NCBI RefSeq assembly: GCF_009914755.1
Contig: NC_060935.1
Length of the DNA stretch: 64,000 bases
Reading direction: 5' to 3' (one strand)
From: the human T2T-CHM13v2.0 reference genome, Homo sapiens
In this document: positions 45,236-58,810 of the stretch, piece by piece
Layout: each line of letters starts with the position of its first letter
Numbering within the stretch: position 1 is the stretch's first letter
Made by a program: the position numbers and the translations under genes
Notes under the pieces: model-generated
Told to the model about the DNA's origin: nothing
Seen by the model: the letters and a program-made list of their open reading frames with translations, nothing else
Database searches by the model: none

Positions 45236-46184
45236 CAGCCCAGCCCTCCCCAAACAACCCCATGTCTACATTAAAGTCCACCTCCCAGCCTTCCCACCCA
45301 CCCCCACCCATACAGAGTGTCCCCCACCCAGCACCTGATGGTGAGCAGATTCCAGGAATGAGATTCAAGGTACAATAAGAACGGGCACAGAGCAAGACAA
45401 GCCAAGGAGATAAGGCCAGAGAGGGCAGGGGGCTCCCCAGACAGAGGGGCTAAGGCTGTCCATGAAGGAGGGTGCCGTGTACATCTGTGAAGAGAAGGAA
45501 AGAAATGGAAAATCCTTTCTCAGAAGGAAAACGAAAGGAGACCCGTTCTCTGGGAGCTTTACTCAGCTACGTCTTTCCCGTCGAAAAAGTCTCGGAAAGC
45601 TGTCAGATTCTTCACAGTCCTGTTCTCTGCACCATCTTGGATTCTCAAGTATTGTGAGAAAAATTTAATCCTTATGTTCCAGATTCATTTATACTAAAAT
45701 CATCAAAATGCTTTCGTCTGTCTAAGGGGACTTTGGTGTTCTTTTTATAGACCTATTCAAGCCCATTTTCGCTTTGAATCACGTTCTGAAAATTGTAAGT
45801 GAATGCAATCTCCTGCTCCCTGAATTCCGTTCTGTTTCATGGTTGGAACTCTCTAGAGCGGGGACGACACTCTGTGTGGCTGAATGAACTCACCTCTCTT
45901 CCTATTGAGCTGGACTGTGCTGCACGCAGAGGGCCAGAGGAGGCCACGTCTGCTCCGAGGGCCCACGGGGGCTTAGCGGGCCGCACGCGTTGCTTCCTGA
46001 TCACCCGGTGCCCGCACCGGCCCCGGTATAGACAATGAGCTCTCAACACCAGGGCCTCTGCCCAGCGGCTCTGGCAGCTCCCCGGGGCAGTGAGGCCTTC
46101 CCTCTGAGTGCTCACCATGACAGGCGGCAAACACTCTTGTCTCCGGGTCCTGGTCTAAGAACCTCCTCCCAACGTCTGTCTGGC

Positions 46185-46335
46185 TCAGTGCTTCCCAAAA
46201 GCGGCTGCATTTCAGAATCGCCTGGAAGCTTTAAACAAACCCAGATGGATTCCGCCAAAGTGGCAGTGGGTGGCCTTCGTCTTCTTGCAAAACTGTCCCA
46301 GGTGAGTCTTCTGTGTGGCCAGGTGAGAACCACCG
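46185..46335. mobile_element. MER5A/B-like fragment
   Basis: cagtgcttcccaaa..ggctgcatttcagaatcgcctggaagctttaaa. Confidence 0.65.
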
Positions 46336-46849
46336 GTCCGGCCCAGTTCCATGCACAGTAAGTGACTGTTGAATACGAAAATGGGAAACACCTCCATGTA
46401 GGTGTCCAAAGGTACCTTCCTCCAAAACCTCCCCGACGCCCCCTGCTCAGTCCCCATTGGCCGTGCGTAGGCCAGTCATCGGGGTGACAGGAGGACAGCC
46501 AGGGAGCCACCTTCTTGCTGCTGGGGTCCCCTTTCTGGGCCAGCCCTCCTTCCACAGCCCACGGGGGAGCAGATTGGCACCTCATTTAAGCTTTTTCTCT
46601 GTGGCCGAACTTTTAACTCTTTGTTTCCTGTGTCGTTGCTTTGTCTCCCCAGCCAGGTGTAAACCGCTGAAGGCAGAGGCCGCATCTCCAAGCTGTTGCC
46701 CTCCCCAGGGCCTGATTGGAGGCTGCACCAAGAGGCTGCACAGGGAGGATGAGGTTTTGGCCTTGAAGGCCAGCTCTGCCAGCTCCAGGGACCTTGGAGA
46801 ACAGATCCTAAGTTGGGTACATTCAGTCTCGGGGTGGGCAGAGACAGGC

Positions 46850-47265
46850 TCAGCCAGCCATAGTTCCTTTTCTCCTTCCTGCAGACACAGTGATTGGCTC
46901 AGGGTGGTCATGTGACCCAAGCAGAGCAAATCAGAGTCCTCCTTGGGATTGCTCTGTGGGTGGTGGCGCAGATGAGTGTTCTTTCCACTAGGGTCGGAGA
47001 ACAACATAAGCCTGGAGCGCACCATCTTCTCTGGCCACGTGACAGATGCCCGTGTGAACTGGCAAAGAGAAAGGAGAGAAAGAACATTCAGAGGAAATCA
47101 GAGCCAAGACAGAAAACAAAGCCTAATGACATCACCTGAGTGCCTAGATCCAGCCATCCCTGAAACCACTTGACTTCTCCAGTCACAAGAGCCAACTGGG
47201 ATCCTTTTGGCTCATGCTGGTTTTTGTAGGATTCTACCCCCTGCCACCAGGCATTTAACAGAGCA
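46850..47265 (+). mobile_element. MaLR LTR (MLT1K-like)
   Basis: gtgattggctcagggtggtcatgtgacccaag...gatccagccatccctgaa. Confidence 0.65.
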
Positions 47266-48072
47266 CACTAAGGACTGTGCAGAGGACGCCACCAGAGAGG
47301 TAAAGTGGCTGACACAGTGAGCCTGAAGGAATGGGGTGCTTAGCCCAAAAAGAAGGGCGCTGTGCTGGTTGACTCCTGGTATTCAAAGGGCAGGTGAGAG
47401 AAGAATTTGCTCAAATGAGCAGCCTCACAGTGCCAGAGGTCGGGGTGGGTGTGTGGGACTCTGCTGTGAGGGAAGGCTGCCCCACACAGCTTCACCCTCT
47501 CCTTGGTCAACTCAGAGTTCGGTGGTGCAGACGTGCACAGCTCAAGCTTCCCCATTCCACAGCCTATTTCGGGGACACAGATGACTCAGCCAGCATCTTA
47601 CCCACCCACCCACGCCCAGCACCTTCCCAGCAGAGGTGGTTGACATCCCAAAAAGCCCGCAACTGCTAGACATACGATGGGCTCCCCCAGGAACCCACTC
47701 CACGGGCCCCACTCTTACTGTAGCTCGCCCCAGCCCATCGCAGCTGACATGGCCCTAGCCAGATGCTGACAGTTCCCCTGCTTGCAGGGCGTGAGTGAGT
47801 CCGGGGTCACTTGAGGCCTTTGAGGCAGTAGGGTCTGTGTAATAAGAAGCCTGGCATCAAGTGTGGAAGGGGTCTTCTCCTTCCACAGGTCTCCTGGGAG
47901 TGGAGACCTGGGTGAGAGGCAGTCCTGCCACAAAGAACTGGGGACCTAAAGCCGTGTCTCCTGTCCTCCTTGGGCCTCTGATTCCTCAGGTCTGAATACC
48001 AACAAGCCTTTGGAGCTTATGCGGTCACAAGAGCTAGGACCACTGCACCAACTTCCCTTGGAGCCCACCCCA

Positions 48073-48445
48073 TGTGTGACGGGCCCAATTGTGTCCCCAG
48101 AATTCATATGTAGAGGTCCTAACCCCGGTGCCTCAGAATGTGACTGCTTTAGAGATAGGGCTTTTAGGAGTAATTAAGTTAAAATGAGGTCCCCAGCATG
48201 GGCCCTAATCCCATATGACTGTGTCCCTATAAGAAGAGTAGATGAGGACACAGACACACACAGAGGGTCAACCCTGTGAGGACACAGGGAGAAGATACCA
48301 TCTACAAGCCAAGAAAGAGGCCTCAGGGAAAACCAACCCTGCCAACACTTTGATCTTGGACTTCCACCCTCCAGAACTGTGAGAAGACAAATGCCTGTAG
48401 TTTAAGCCATCTGCCTGTTTTGGCAGCGGGACCAACAACTGCACC
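48073..48445 (+). mobile_element. MaLR LTR (MLT1A/B-like)
   Basis: aattgtgtccccagaattcatatg...cctccagaactgtgaga. Confidence 0.9.
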
Positions 48446-48586
48446 AGGTCATGCCTCAGCGCCGTTGCTCCTGCTGGGCCCTTGACCTGGGGTGCCCACC
48501 CTCTCCCACTGGCCAGACTGCCTTCCTCTTCCGCCTTCAAGGCATAAGTTGGTGTTGGTGTCACTTATTCTAGGAAGGCCCTCTGG

Positions 48587-49121
48587 TACACACACGCTCA
48601 CACACGCTCGCATCCACACACACGCTTTCTCACACACACACTCTCGCATGCTCACACACATGCACATATGCTCACACACATGCTCACATGCACACACATA
48701 CTCACACACATGCTCACACACTGACATACACACACATGCCCTCACACACGCTCACAATACACACATACACACATGCTGTCATGCACACACATGTTTATGC
48801 ACACACATGCTTATACCCACACGCTCTCACACACATGCTGACACACACATGCACACTCATGCTTTCACACACACATGCTCACATAACACATCCTCACACA
48901 TGCTCACACACACTCACATACACACACGCACTCATGTACACAGGCCCACACACACAAACATGCTCACACACACGCTCACATACACACACTCACACACATG
49001 GTCATGCACAGGCTCACACACACATACACACAGGCTCACACACTCACATACACACATGCTCACACACAGGCTCACACACGCGCTCACACATGCTCACACA
49101 CACACATGCTCACACACACAC
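48587..49121 (+). repeat. Degenerate (CA)n tract with recurring CATGCT motif
   Basis: About 535 bp of cacacacatgct-type repeats. Confidence 0.95.
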
Positions 49122-50224
49122 AGAGTTGCTTCCTTCTGTTAGATGATGGGCTCTGGCAGCAGCAAATGCCACCTTGGTGTCTCACCTTGGCCATCCCATT
49201 ACCATCTCCCTGTCCCTAGAGTCCCCAGGTGGACACCGCCCACCTGCGCTCAGAAGCCCAGCATCCCCTTCTACCTCACTGGGAGCACCTGCAGGACCAC
49301 GAGGGTCCCTCTAGTCCTTGGACTCAGCATCCAGCACCATGCGAGCGCCTTGGCTTTCAGGACTTGTCAGGTGAAGGAGTGACAGGCACATCCCAGCCAC
49401 CATCACCACAGACCCATGGCTGGGCACACCGTGGCCCCTTCCCAACTGCTTTCTTTCCCCAGAACTCCCAGGACCTCATGCCTCGTCCTCACACTCTCCT
49501 TGCCAGACACAGGGACATGGCTACACGCAGACATTTTGGCCACTCCTGGACCTCTAGGGACTGTGTTGACTCAAGTCTTAATGGGGCTTATTAGAGATCT
49601 TTTTCTTCTTCTTCAACAGCAACAAAACGGACCCTACCGTGTGCCTGTCCTGGAAACAACAGACACCTTGTTGGGCAGGCTGGGCAGTGGAGACACAGAG
49701 CCGACCCCACCCAGTGACCCCTCCAGCCAGGAGCCACCATGCGAGAGTCACCCTCCCAGCATTCTGTCCCCTGAGAGGCGAAGTGTGGGTGCTGGCTTTG
49801 TCAGGTGGCTGAGCTCTTGGCTACCTTCCTAGGGGGTCCCTGCAGGAAGAAGCTGAGGGGCTCTGAGAACCTGTCCAGGCTGTGCCCAGTTGGCCCTGCC
49901 AGTGATGATGTGAAGAGGGTGGTGACATCGGGCCTGCCCCTGGTCACCCCTGATTTCTGCTGTTGCCTCAGAGGGGGGTGTAGGCTGCTCAGCCCAACCA
50001 CAGGCTCCAGCAAAGCCACCTCCAGTTCGAATTTCCCTCACCTGCAAACCAAAGGCGCATGGAGTACCTGCCATGGGAGGGGGCAAGCAAGCATCCTTCC
50101 CGTAGCCCTGGCAGTGGGACGGGGTGGGAACCCCAGGAGCACCGGGGTTTCTCTCTATGGACAGGCTAGCATCCCATCCTCTGTCCCCAGGGGACGCCTC
50201 TCTCCAAAGGGCAGCTCCAACCTG

Positions 50225-50670
50225 CAGGGTTACCAGCCCCCACAAGTCGGAGGGGAATGACTGGCCCACAGGATGCAGTCCCCTGCTCAGGATGTCGTAA
50301 CAAGGCCCACAGACCAAGTGGCCTAACAATCGAAATGTATCCACTCACAGTTCCGGAGGCCCCAGGTCCATACTGAAGGTGCCAGGAGGGTTGGTTCTGT
50401 CTGAGGGAAACCCGTGCCACGCCTCTCCTTCGCTGCTGGGGGCCCCACGCACTCCTTGGCTTGTCAATGGCCTCCTCTCCCTGCGTCTCCCCTTGGTTGC
50501 CCCTCTGTGTGATTTCCCCTTTTCATGAGGGCCACAGTCATGTTGGATTAGTGCCCGTCCTAATGACCTCATCTTAATCATCTGCAGAGACCCTATTTCC
50601 AAACAAGGTCACATTCCCGTTCATGGGTACCAGGGCTCAGGACTCCAGCATCACTTAAGGGGGCCAATCC
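50225..50670 (-). mobile_element. MaLR LTR (MLT1C-like)
   Basis: tgacctcatcttaat...gaccctatttccaaacaaggtcacattc. Confidence 0.8.
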
Positions 50671-51339
50671 CACAGGATAGGGGAGGCCAGTGCTTCGTGT
50701 CCCTTCCCACCAGGCCAGGAGGTGCATTGGCCCGTGGGACTCCAGGCACAGAGTGTAGAACATTCAGGAGAAAGTCCTCTCTCTAGTCCAGCAAAATCTC
50801 CAGGCCTCTGTGCACTGGGAGCTGAGGAAATGGCGTAGAATTTGTCTCATCTTATGGTGATTCCAAGTAGACACAGTGTTGGTGCCAGACACAAGACACT
50901 GGCAATACCAGGCCAGCCTTTTAAAATTTTATTATTATCATTATAATCATTGTCACTGTTACAATTGATGCAGCCTGAGATTTACGTAGAAAAAAGGAAT
51001 GGCCATGAGCTTTTGTGAGAACTGGGGACTGACGTCAGGACAGGTGTCCCCATGGTGTGAGCACCTGGGGTAGGAAGGACTTGCTTATGTGCTCACAGCC
51101 CCTGAGTCCTTGTGTTGTCAAGAGGAAGCAGAGTTCCCCGGAAATATGGCCAGAGGGATGTAACCACTTCCTTATGCATGGCACATGGGTTCTGGGTCCC
51201 CATAGTTGGTGCTGACAGCCACCCGGTGGGCAGGAGTAGCATGGCTCTGCCTACTCTTGCGTCAGGCTCAGGGTCCACTCAGCAGCCCCAGCCTCTAGCC
51301 TGGAAGGGTCTGGACAGGTGGTTGGTCATCCCTGGAGGG

Positions 51340-51630
51340 CCACTGATCAAGTGTGGCCCTGGTCGAATTAGGGTGTAGCTCTAGTCTGATAGGACTGTGG
51401 CCCTATAGGAAGAGCAAGAGACACCAGACAGCCTACTCCCTCTCTTCCTCCACCATGCAAAGACACAGCAAGAAGGCGGCAGTCTGGCAGCCAGGAAGGG
51501 AGCCCTCACCAGGAGCTAAACCCAACAGGAACCTTGGTCTTGGACGTCTGGCTTCCAGAATTGTGAGAAAATTCTGTTGTTTAAGCCACCCAGTCTGTGG
51601 TATTTTGTTATAACACCCTAAGCAGATGGA
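51340..51630 (+). mobile_element. MaLR LTR fragment (MLT1A/MSTD-like)
   Basis: ttccagaattgtgagaaaattctgttgtttaagccacccagtctgtggtattttgtta. Confidence 0.85.
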
Positions 51631-51704
51631 GGCAGCTCTCCTTGCTTTGCTAATAATAATCATTTACCTAGGTACATGAATTCAGGTGTTCAGAAAGCTT
51701 TCCT

Positions 51705-52037
51705 GGCCAGGTATGGTGGTTCACACCTGTAATCTCAGCACTTGGGGAGGCAGCAGTGGGAGGATTGCTTGAGCCCAAGAGTTCAAGACCAGCCAGGGCA
51801 ACATGGTGAAACCCCATCTCTACTGAAAATAGAAAAATTAGCCAGGCATGGTGGCACACCTGCAGTCCCAGCTACTTGAGAGGCTGAGAGGTAGGAGGAT
51901 CGCTTGAGCCCAAGAGTTCGAGGCTGTAGTGAGCCATGACAGCAACACTCCACTCCAGCACAGTGACTCACTCCTTTAATCCCAGCACTTTGGGAGGCCA
52001 AGGTGGGAGAATTGCTGGAGCCCAGGAGTTCAAGACC
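51705..52037 (+). mobile_element. AluJ-like dimer fused to an extra partial left arm, no poly(A)
   Basis: Flanked by the perfect 14-bp repeat cagaaagctttcct. Confidence 0.9.
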
Positions 52038-52928
52038 AGAAAGCTTTCCTACCCTTACCTCTCAATCTTAACACTCCATGGTGCAAACGCTTTGGGGGTG
52101 GTGGGGCCAGGCCAGAGCCCAGGGCTCAGCCCCCTGGCTCAGTACTACGTCCCATACTCCAAAGTTAGATTTCAGAGCTGTTTGTGATCAGTCTACTTGG
52201 GCACTTGAGAATGAAACCCATTTCTCAGATTGAAAACAGAGGCCAGAGGAGTTAAACAAAGGCCTAGAAGTCCGAGGAGCCTGGCTGTACATATTCATTT
52301 ATAGCATAAACAAACTGACCAATTGTAATAAAATGGGTTAAAGAGGCTGGAGAGGCAAAGAGAGTTTCTGAGTTCCTGCCCGCCAGGCACACCCTGCAGG
52401 TTTCTCCAGAGATGTTCCTGTTCTCTTCGCAGCCAGGGATCTCCCCCTTGGAGTTCCCAGCCGTGCACCTAATCCTGCCTCATGAAACTGGATCCCACCA
52501 GACAGCTAAGCCTTCGGATGCCTGTAATTCCTTGGCTAATGCTAGGCTTAATTAAGACATCGACTTTAATAGCATTCTCACCGATTAAGAAATGGCAGGT
52601 CTGAAAGATGATATTTCCTGGTGTGCAAAGATATCATGATGAAATCTCCAAGTCATCGTTTCAACACAGGAAGTTATCGGCTACCTGGGGCAGTGCCCGT
52701 CCTGCTGCACAATTGGCCCGCTGTTAGCAGCGTTATTTAAGAGGCTGAGGCATCCATGTTTCCCAGGAGCCGGTCAGTGGGGAAAAAAAGGATCAATTGA
52801 GTATTTTAGCTCTGCATATAGGTCTTCTCGATGTTTGGTTTGCTTTGATGCGGAGTAAAAGTAAGCGTTATACGTTTGAACTTGTCGCTTTATCTTTTCC
52901 AGACTTCTGTCATGTCTCAATGTCAGCT

Positions 52929-52951
52929 AAAAAAAAAAAAAAAAAAAAAAA
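52929..52951 (+). repeat. A23 run flanked by a direct repeat
   Basis: aatgtcagct-A23-gtcagct. Confidence 0.9.
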
Positions 52952-54599
52952 GTCAGCTTGAGTTAAATTAGCATTTCTGCCTCTCTTCCTTTGCCTGTCA
53001 GTTTTAAAAATAAGTATCGTAGTTTTATAAAAATCGAGTACCAGAATCTTTACAGTTCCACATGGCATAGCTGCCACCCAAGTCGAACGTGAAGCTGAGC
53101 TCCCGTTAGATCTGCAGACACTCCCCATCAATGTCCATCTGGTGCATCAGGGTTGCGGGGTACACTGGAGAGGAAACACAATTTCTATAAGGAATGGAGT
53201 ACAGTTTATAAAACAAGCTATTTGTTTCCACCATGAGGTGGTCTATCTCTAGCAGGGTGTTGCCCTTTTTATAACATGGGTCTCTGTTTTTGAAAGAAAT
53301 TGTCTGTTATGTGCAAATTATTATTTTTGGAAGGAGGAAACCAAAATGTCAGTGCATTCCTAAGCCACCCTAGGGGTAGGGGTGAGGAGACTTTCCTGGG
53401 ATCCTCCTCCATCGTCCAAGCAGAATCAAAGCTGGGGCAAGATTTCACTTGAGTCAGCACCACCCTCCACCCCCATGTTTCCATCCCTGGAGCTTAGATG
53501 GATTCAGTAGAGTGATGAGTTAATACTAGTTTCCTTCCTTAGCCAACTGGCCACTTAGGGTCCAGAGAAGAGACCTTCCGTGGGCACTGACCAAGGCCAG
53601 CACCCACAGCAGGAAGAACTGCTGGCAACGGGCAGCTCCAGACCCCATATCTGCGCCTCTTGGGAGGGACACTGGCCTGCGGAGCGGCACCCACATGGGA
53701 GCGTGTGCGTCCCAACAGAACTCTCCCTGTGTAAACCCCTTCTCGCCTGGGACCCAGTGCCACATTCAGACCTCGGAAATTCATGTGTACTCAGGAAATT
53801 CAAACACATTATCATTTTCCAACATGCGGTGATGACGGTAATGACACTGGGAGGCCTTCACTCAAAGCAACCGTGGATGGAGCTGACAGGGCAAGTGTTA
53901 ATAGGACCACCACTGATGAACAGGGAAGGAAGCAAAGCCAACCATATTTCCACTCCTCCTTGGCTCTCGATAACCCCTGGGCTCCATACCCCCACCAGGC
54001 CCCAGGACTGTGGCCAGTCCTCGCCTGCCTTTGTTCTTTGGCAGGCCCGCTGGCCTCTCCACCAGGCAGCCACATCCTCTGCAGAGATGCACATATTCGT
54101 TTATTTATTCAATTCATTTTGACTTATTCATCAGATTTAAATGGACTCTTTTTCATAAAAGCCCAAAGAGTAGAAGGGAGGTGGCTCTCCAGATGCAGGC
54201 GCTGGGCCCCATGAGTTTCCTGTTAAACCCTTGATGAGGTCCCTACATGTGCAAGACCACGGTGGCAGAGAGGAGGCCGAGAGCAGAGGCCATGGGAGAC
54301 AACAGCTGCTTCACGCCCAGCTTTGAGGGCCAGCCTGGCCAGGAGAAACCTGAAGGTGGGAACCTGCAGCTTCCTGGGCCCAGCTGAGCCTGGGGTGAAT
54401 CCACATGTTTACAAGAGGGTGCAGTATGCAGGACCGGCCGCACAGCTCAGATGGAAACTCCCCTCCTACAGTCAAAGTCCAGATTCCTGGCTTGGCCTTC
54501 AAGTCTCTCCAGACCGACTACTTTTCCAGCATCCACTTCAGAGCCCTGTGGTCAACACAGCAGAGCAGCCGCTTTCTCATCCCCAAGCTCACCATCCAG

Positions 54600-55000
54600 G
54601 TCCCCTGTGTTGGCCTGGCTTCTGGGAGCATCCCCTAGTCTCTGATGAAAGCTGCTGAGGACTGACAGCCATGTCCTGAGCCAAGAATTGACATTGACTG
54701 CATGAAAGCCACCTGGCCTGGAACATCCCACCAGAACCACCCTGCCTGGTAGGGCCATAGTCAGTGACTGACTGACTGACCCTGGGGGTCTAAGGGCCCC
54801 CATGCCTCACTGTGGGACTGACTCTGTGATGCAGGTCACACTCCAGAGCCCCCTGTGGGGCTGAAACCACCACTGTGCTGAGCCTCCCCTGCCCCATCTA
54901 GCCTCTCTCACTTTCTTTCTCTTGAAAGCCCTCTGTCAATCAATCCCATGGACCCAAACCCTTGTCTCAGGCTCTGCATCTGAGAAGCCTGGCCAGAGAC
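54600..55000 (+). mobile_element. LTR16-like ERVL LTR
   Basis: 3' end aaacccttgtctcaggctctgcatctgagaagcctggccagagac. Confidence 0.65.
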
Positions 55001-55071
55001 CCTGCCCTTTCATATCCTTCTGGCTTTGCTGACTCTGTCCCCTCCATGGAAAGGCCTCTTTCTCCCTTAGC

Positions 55072-55455
55072 ACGGGTTGAATTATGTCCCTCAAATATTT
55101 ATGTGTTGATGTCCTAACCCCCCATATCTCAGGATGTGACACTGTTTTTGGGAACAGGGACTTCGAAGAGGTAATTTAAGTCCAGTGAGATCACATGGGT
55201 GGGCCTTAATCCCATCTGATCGATGTCCCTGTAAGAGGAGAGGAGGACACAGACACGCACAGAAAGACCACCCTGGAGGACACAGGGAGAAAGCAGTCAA
55301 CTATAAACCATAGAGAGAAGACTCAGGAGCAACCAGCCCTGTGACACCTTAATCTGGGACTTCCAGCCCCAGGATGGTGAGAGGATCAATTTCTGTTGTT
55401 TAAGCCTCCCCATCTGCAATAGCTCATCATGGCAGCCCCAGCAGATCAAGACACT
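55072..55455 (+). mobile_element. MaLR LTR (MLT1A/B-like)
   Basis: gggttgaattatgtccc...aatttctgttgtttaagcc. Confidence 0.85.
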
Positions 55456-57189
55456 ACTACATTCACTGACACTGCATTTGCCCTTCAGGATCCAGCTGTC
55501 ATCCACCTGCAGTGCCTCCCCACTTCTCCAAGATAGAATCATTTCTGCAGCACATTCTCGTGCCCCTCTTAATATACATACCACATCCCCACTTGCATTA
55601 TGCTAGTTATGTACATTCCTACCTTCAGCAGAGACTCTGTCTTTTAATGTATTCCTCCTTGCATTCCACGTAAGACCTACTAAATTGTCAATCAATGTTC
55701 ATCGAGTTAAAATTGGACTTGGATTGAATTTCTTGACTCCCTGGGGCAGGCCACCTTCCTCCTCCCCAGCAGGCCGAGCTCAGTGGCAACTGAGATGGTA
55801 TCGCACACGGGCACAGCGCAGGATCACGCTCCGGTCTCCGACACTGGCCCCATTTAAATGACTCTGGGGACAGAGAATAGGAACTTAAATTTCTTTCCAT
55901 GCAGCTGAAGGCTTCCTCCTAGGAAGTCGCTGACTGAACACACCTCACCGAAAAGATCACAGATGAAACTGAAACCCTAGACCCATCTCAGGTCCCCTAG
56001 GGGCTCCTGATCTGTGGACCTGGCTTCCCCTAAGACCCCCTTTGGGAGCGAGGCTGCTGGGAGTCTGTGCACCAAGAGGTCAATTGTCCGATATCACTGA
56101 GCCAAAGCTATCTGTTTAACCGACAACATATCTGAGTGTCAGAATCAGCGACCATCATCCAAGATGCTGGAGTTTTTTCTTCCGCGTTGAAATGGATCCT
56201 TTGAGAGTCAGTCAAGGGGAAAGAATGTGGAAGGATGAAGCTCAGTAGAACACCTCGGAGAAGGAGGCCCTCGGTTATAAGGGGGACATGAAAAACGGGG
56301 AATTTCCTCTCCCATCACAGGCTTCCCTCAGTTACCTCTACACCTTTCTGTAGAAAAACCACTCATTTGTTTTTCTGAAGACAGGAGGGCAGGGGGTGTG
56401 GGGATCATCCACAGCAAGGCATGTTTCCTGAGAATGTTTTTGATTGTCAGGAGGAGACTTTTCAAAGTAAACGCATGAGAGTCTCCCTACCCCCACCCTC
56501 CATACGAATACTGGGGGCTGCTTTGCATAAGCAGCTTGTCGGCAGGAAGAAGGCAAGTCGATGCATCCCAGGATGAATGATAACTGCGCGGCCCTGGGCT
56601 TATGAACAATAGCTTTCTGGCCAGACAACATTAGCCACAGCCAGGTTGCATTTTTAAAAGAATGTTTGTGCATTTTTTTTCTCCCTCCTAAAACTCGGAA
56701 GTCTCTTAAAAGACATCAAAACTGTTAAGTGCAGATATTCGGAATAAATCAACCCTTTTTCCCTCCAGTATGGTTGCTGTTGTAATAACAGACTTCTTAT
56801 TTGTTGGATACTTATGTAACTTAAGATGAAAAGACATCTTATAGCCTTCTGGCAAAATGATGGGAAACCAACAGCACACCGGAGTCTCCTTTACGCCCAG
56901 GAGGGAGTCAGTTTCAGGCCATGAGAAAGGGGCACTTTTCACTGCTTCTTGAGACCAACCTCCTGCCTTTCAATATTTCCATACAGTGACTTTTCATAAA
57001 GGCATGTAAAAAATACCTTGGTTAATTGGTTGTGATGAAAGAACATGATAACACAGTGGTCACGGAGACCCATTGAGGGTTTGTCCAAGAATTCGTTAAG
57101 TAACTGGTTTCTGAGTAGATTTGCTTAAATGTGCATGTTCCTCTCTGATTTGGAGACATTTGGCAAGCTGAGGTTCAAAACAGGAAAGT

Positions 57190-57362
57190 CGGGTTCCAAG
57201 GCTCTAAGCAAATCGGTTCATCTTAATGGGCCTCAAATGACCCAGCTAAGAAATGGGTCTAATTATACCCACGGCCTTGGATCGTTGTGAAGTTTAATTA
57301 ATGCTTGAAAATGTTTTGAGATCCTCGGATGAAAACAGACCACAGATACAGAGTGTTATTAC
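57190..57362 (+). mobile_element. Ancient CORE-SINE (MIR1_Amn/MIR3-like)
   Basis: gttgtgaagtttaattaatgcttgaaaatgttttgagatcctcggatgaaaa...agtgttatt resembles the amniote MIR 3' tail. Confidence 0.65.
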
Positions 57363-57575
57363 AGAATCCTGCCAGAGGCTTTCTTTTTCTGCAATAACAT
57401 GCTGTGGGCATTATCTGAACTTTGTCCCTGCCAGCAATGGGGATTTCTGAGATGTGCCTCTGTCCACTACACCTGCTTTCAAACCCTTTAAAGCCCTTTG
57501 ACAGCTACGGGCCACTTATACGTAAATGCCCCAAGACAACAGACATGAGATCTGAAGAGATTCCTTAGCAACTCA

Positions 57576-57965
<390 letters not shown>

Positions 57966-58589
57966 TTTCCAAGAAGAAAAATGTGTCTGTGCTCTCTCCT
58001 GTGGACTTTGGTTAATTTCTCCACCATCAACGGTATCATTTGAGGATGACTGTGGTCCCTCCCACACCTGGCTGAGATTGCTCAAAATCAAAATGGTCTT
58101 TCTTAATGAACAGCCAAGGAGAGGGCTCGGGTTCACCATCTTTTATTTATCCTTCTGTACTATAATAAAGTAGAAAAGACGGATCTTAACTAAATTTGGT
58201 CTCTAATAAAGGGATTCCGGATGCACACAGTTTTGCCTTCCTTTTGATCTTCATCTTTTAAATATAATTTTCTTGCTGGGCTCATGTGCCCGGGGTAAGA
58301 GATGGATGGAAGGCTCTGCATGGTCTGTAGGTCACAGGCTCACTGGCATGTGGAGTTCTTGTATAATCTGGCTAGGCCCAGTTCTCAGGGGTCTGATGGG
58401 AAGCTGAAGATTTGTTATTTCTCAATGCTGAACAGATTGGAAAGAAAGGGACCCTCACCTCCCTGATGTGGTCCCTTATGTCCCCTCTGCCCAGGACACT
58501 CTGCCCTGATATGGCCACTTGGCTGTCCTCTTTGGCCCACTTGGAGGTCCATACAAATCCCCCCAGCCCCCTGTGCTAACTGCTTCCCT

Positions 58590-58810
58590 GCTCCCCTCTC
58601 CTTCCACCCACGGTCACTCTCAATTTCTTACCTGGCATTATTCCCTTTGTGTTATTACTCATTCAGTGACATGGCATTCTCTGCTTCTCCCTCTAGAATT
58701 TGGTGTCCATGGGGTGGTGGGGAGAAGTGTCTGTTTAATTCACTGTTGTGTCCCCAGCCCGAGTATCCTACCTCATACATCGTGAGAGCTCGATCAATAT
58801 TACCGGGTAA
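58590..58810 (+). mobile_element. L2 fragment
   Basis: gtctgtttaattcactgttgtgtccccagcc...gctcgatcaatat. Confidence 0.6.

Noticed and set aside
48449-49219. His/Thr-rich ORFs
   Set aside because: (CA)n translation artefacts.
52861-52902. GTAAGC...ttttccAG mini-intron
   Set aside because: 42 nt is below the normal human intron minimum.
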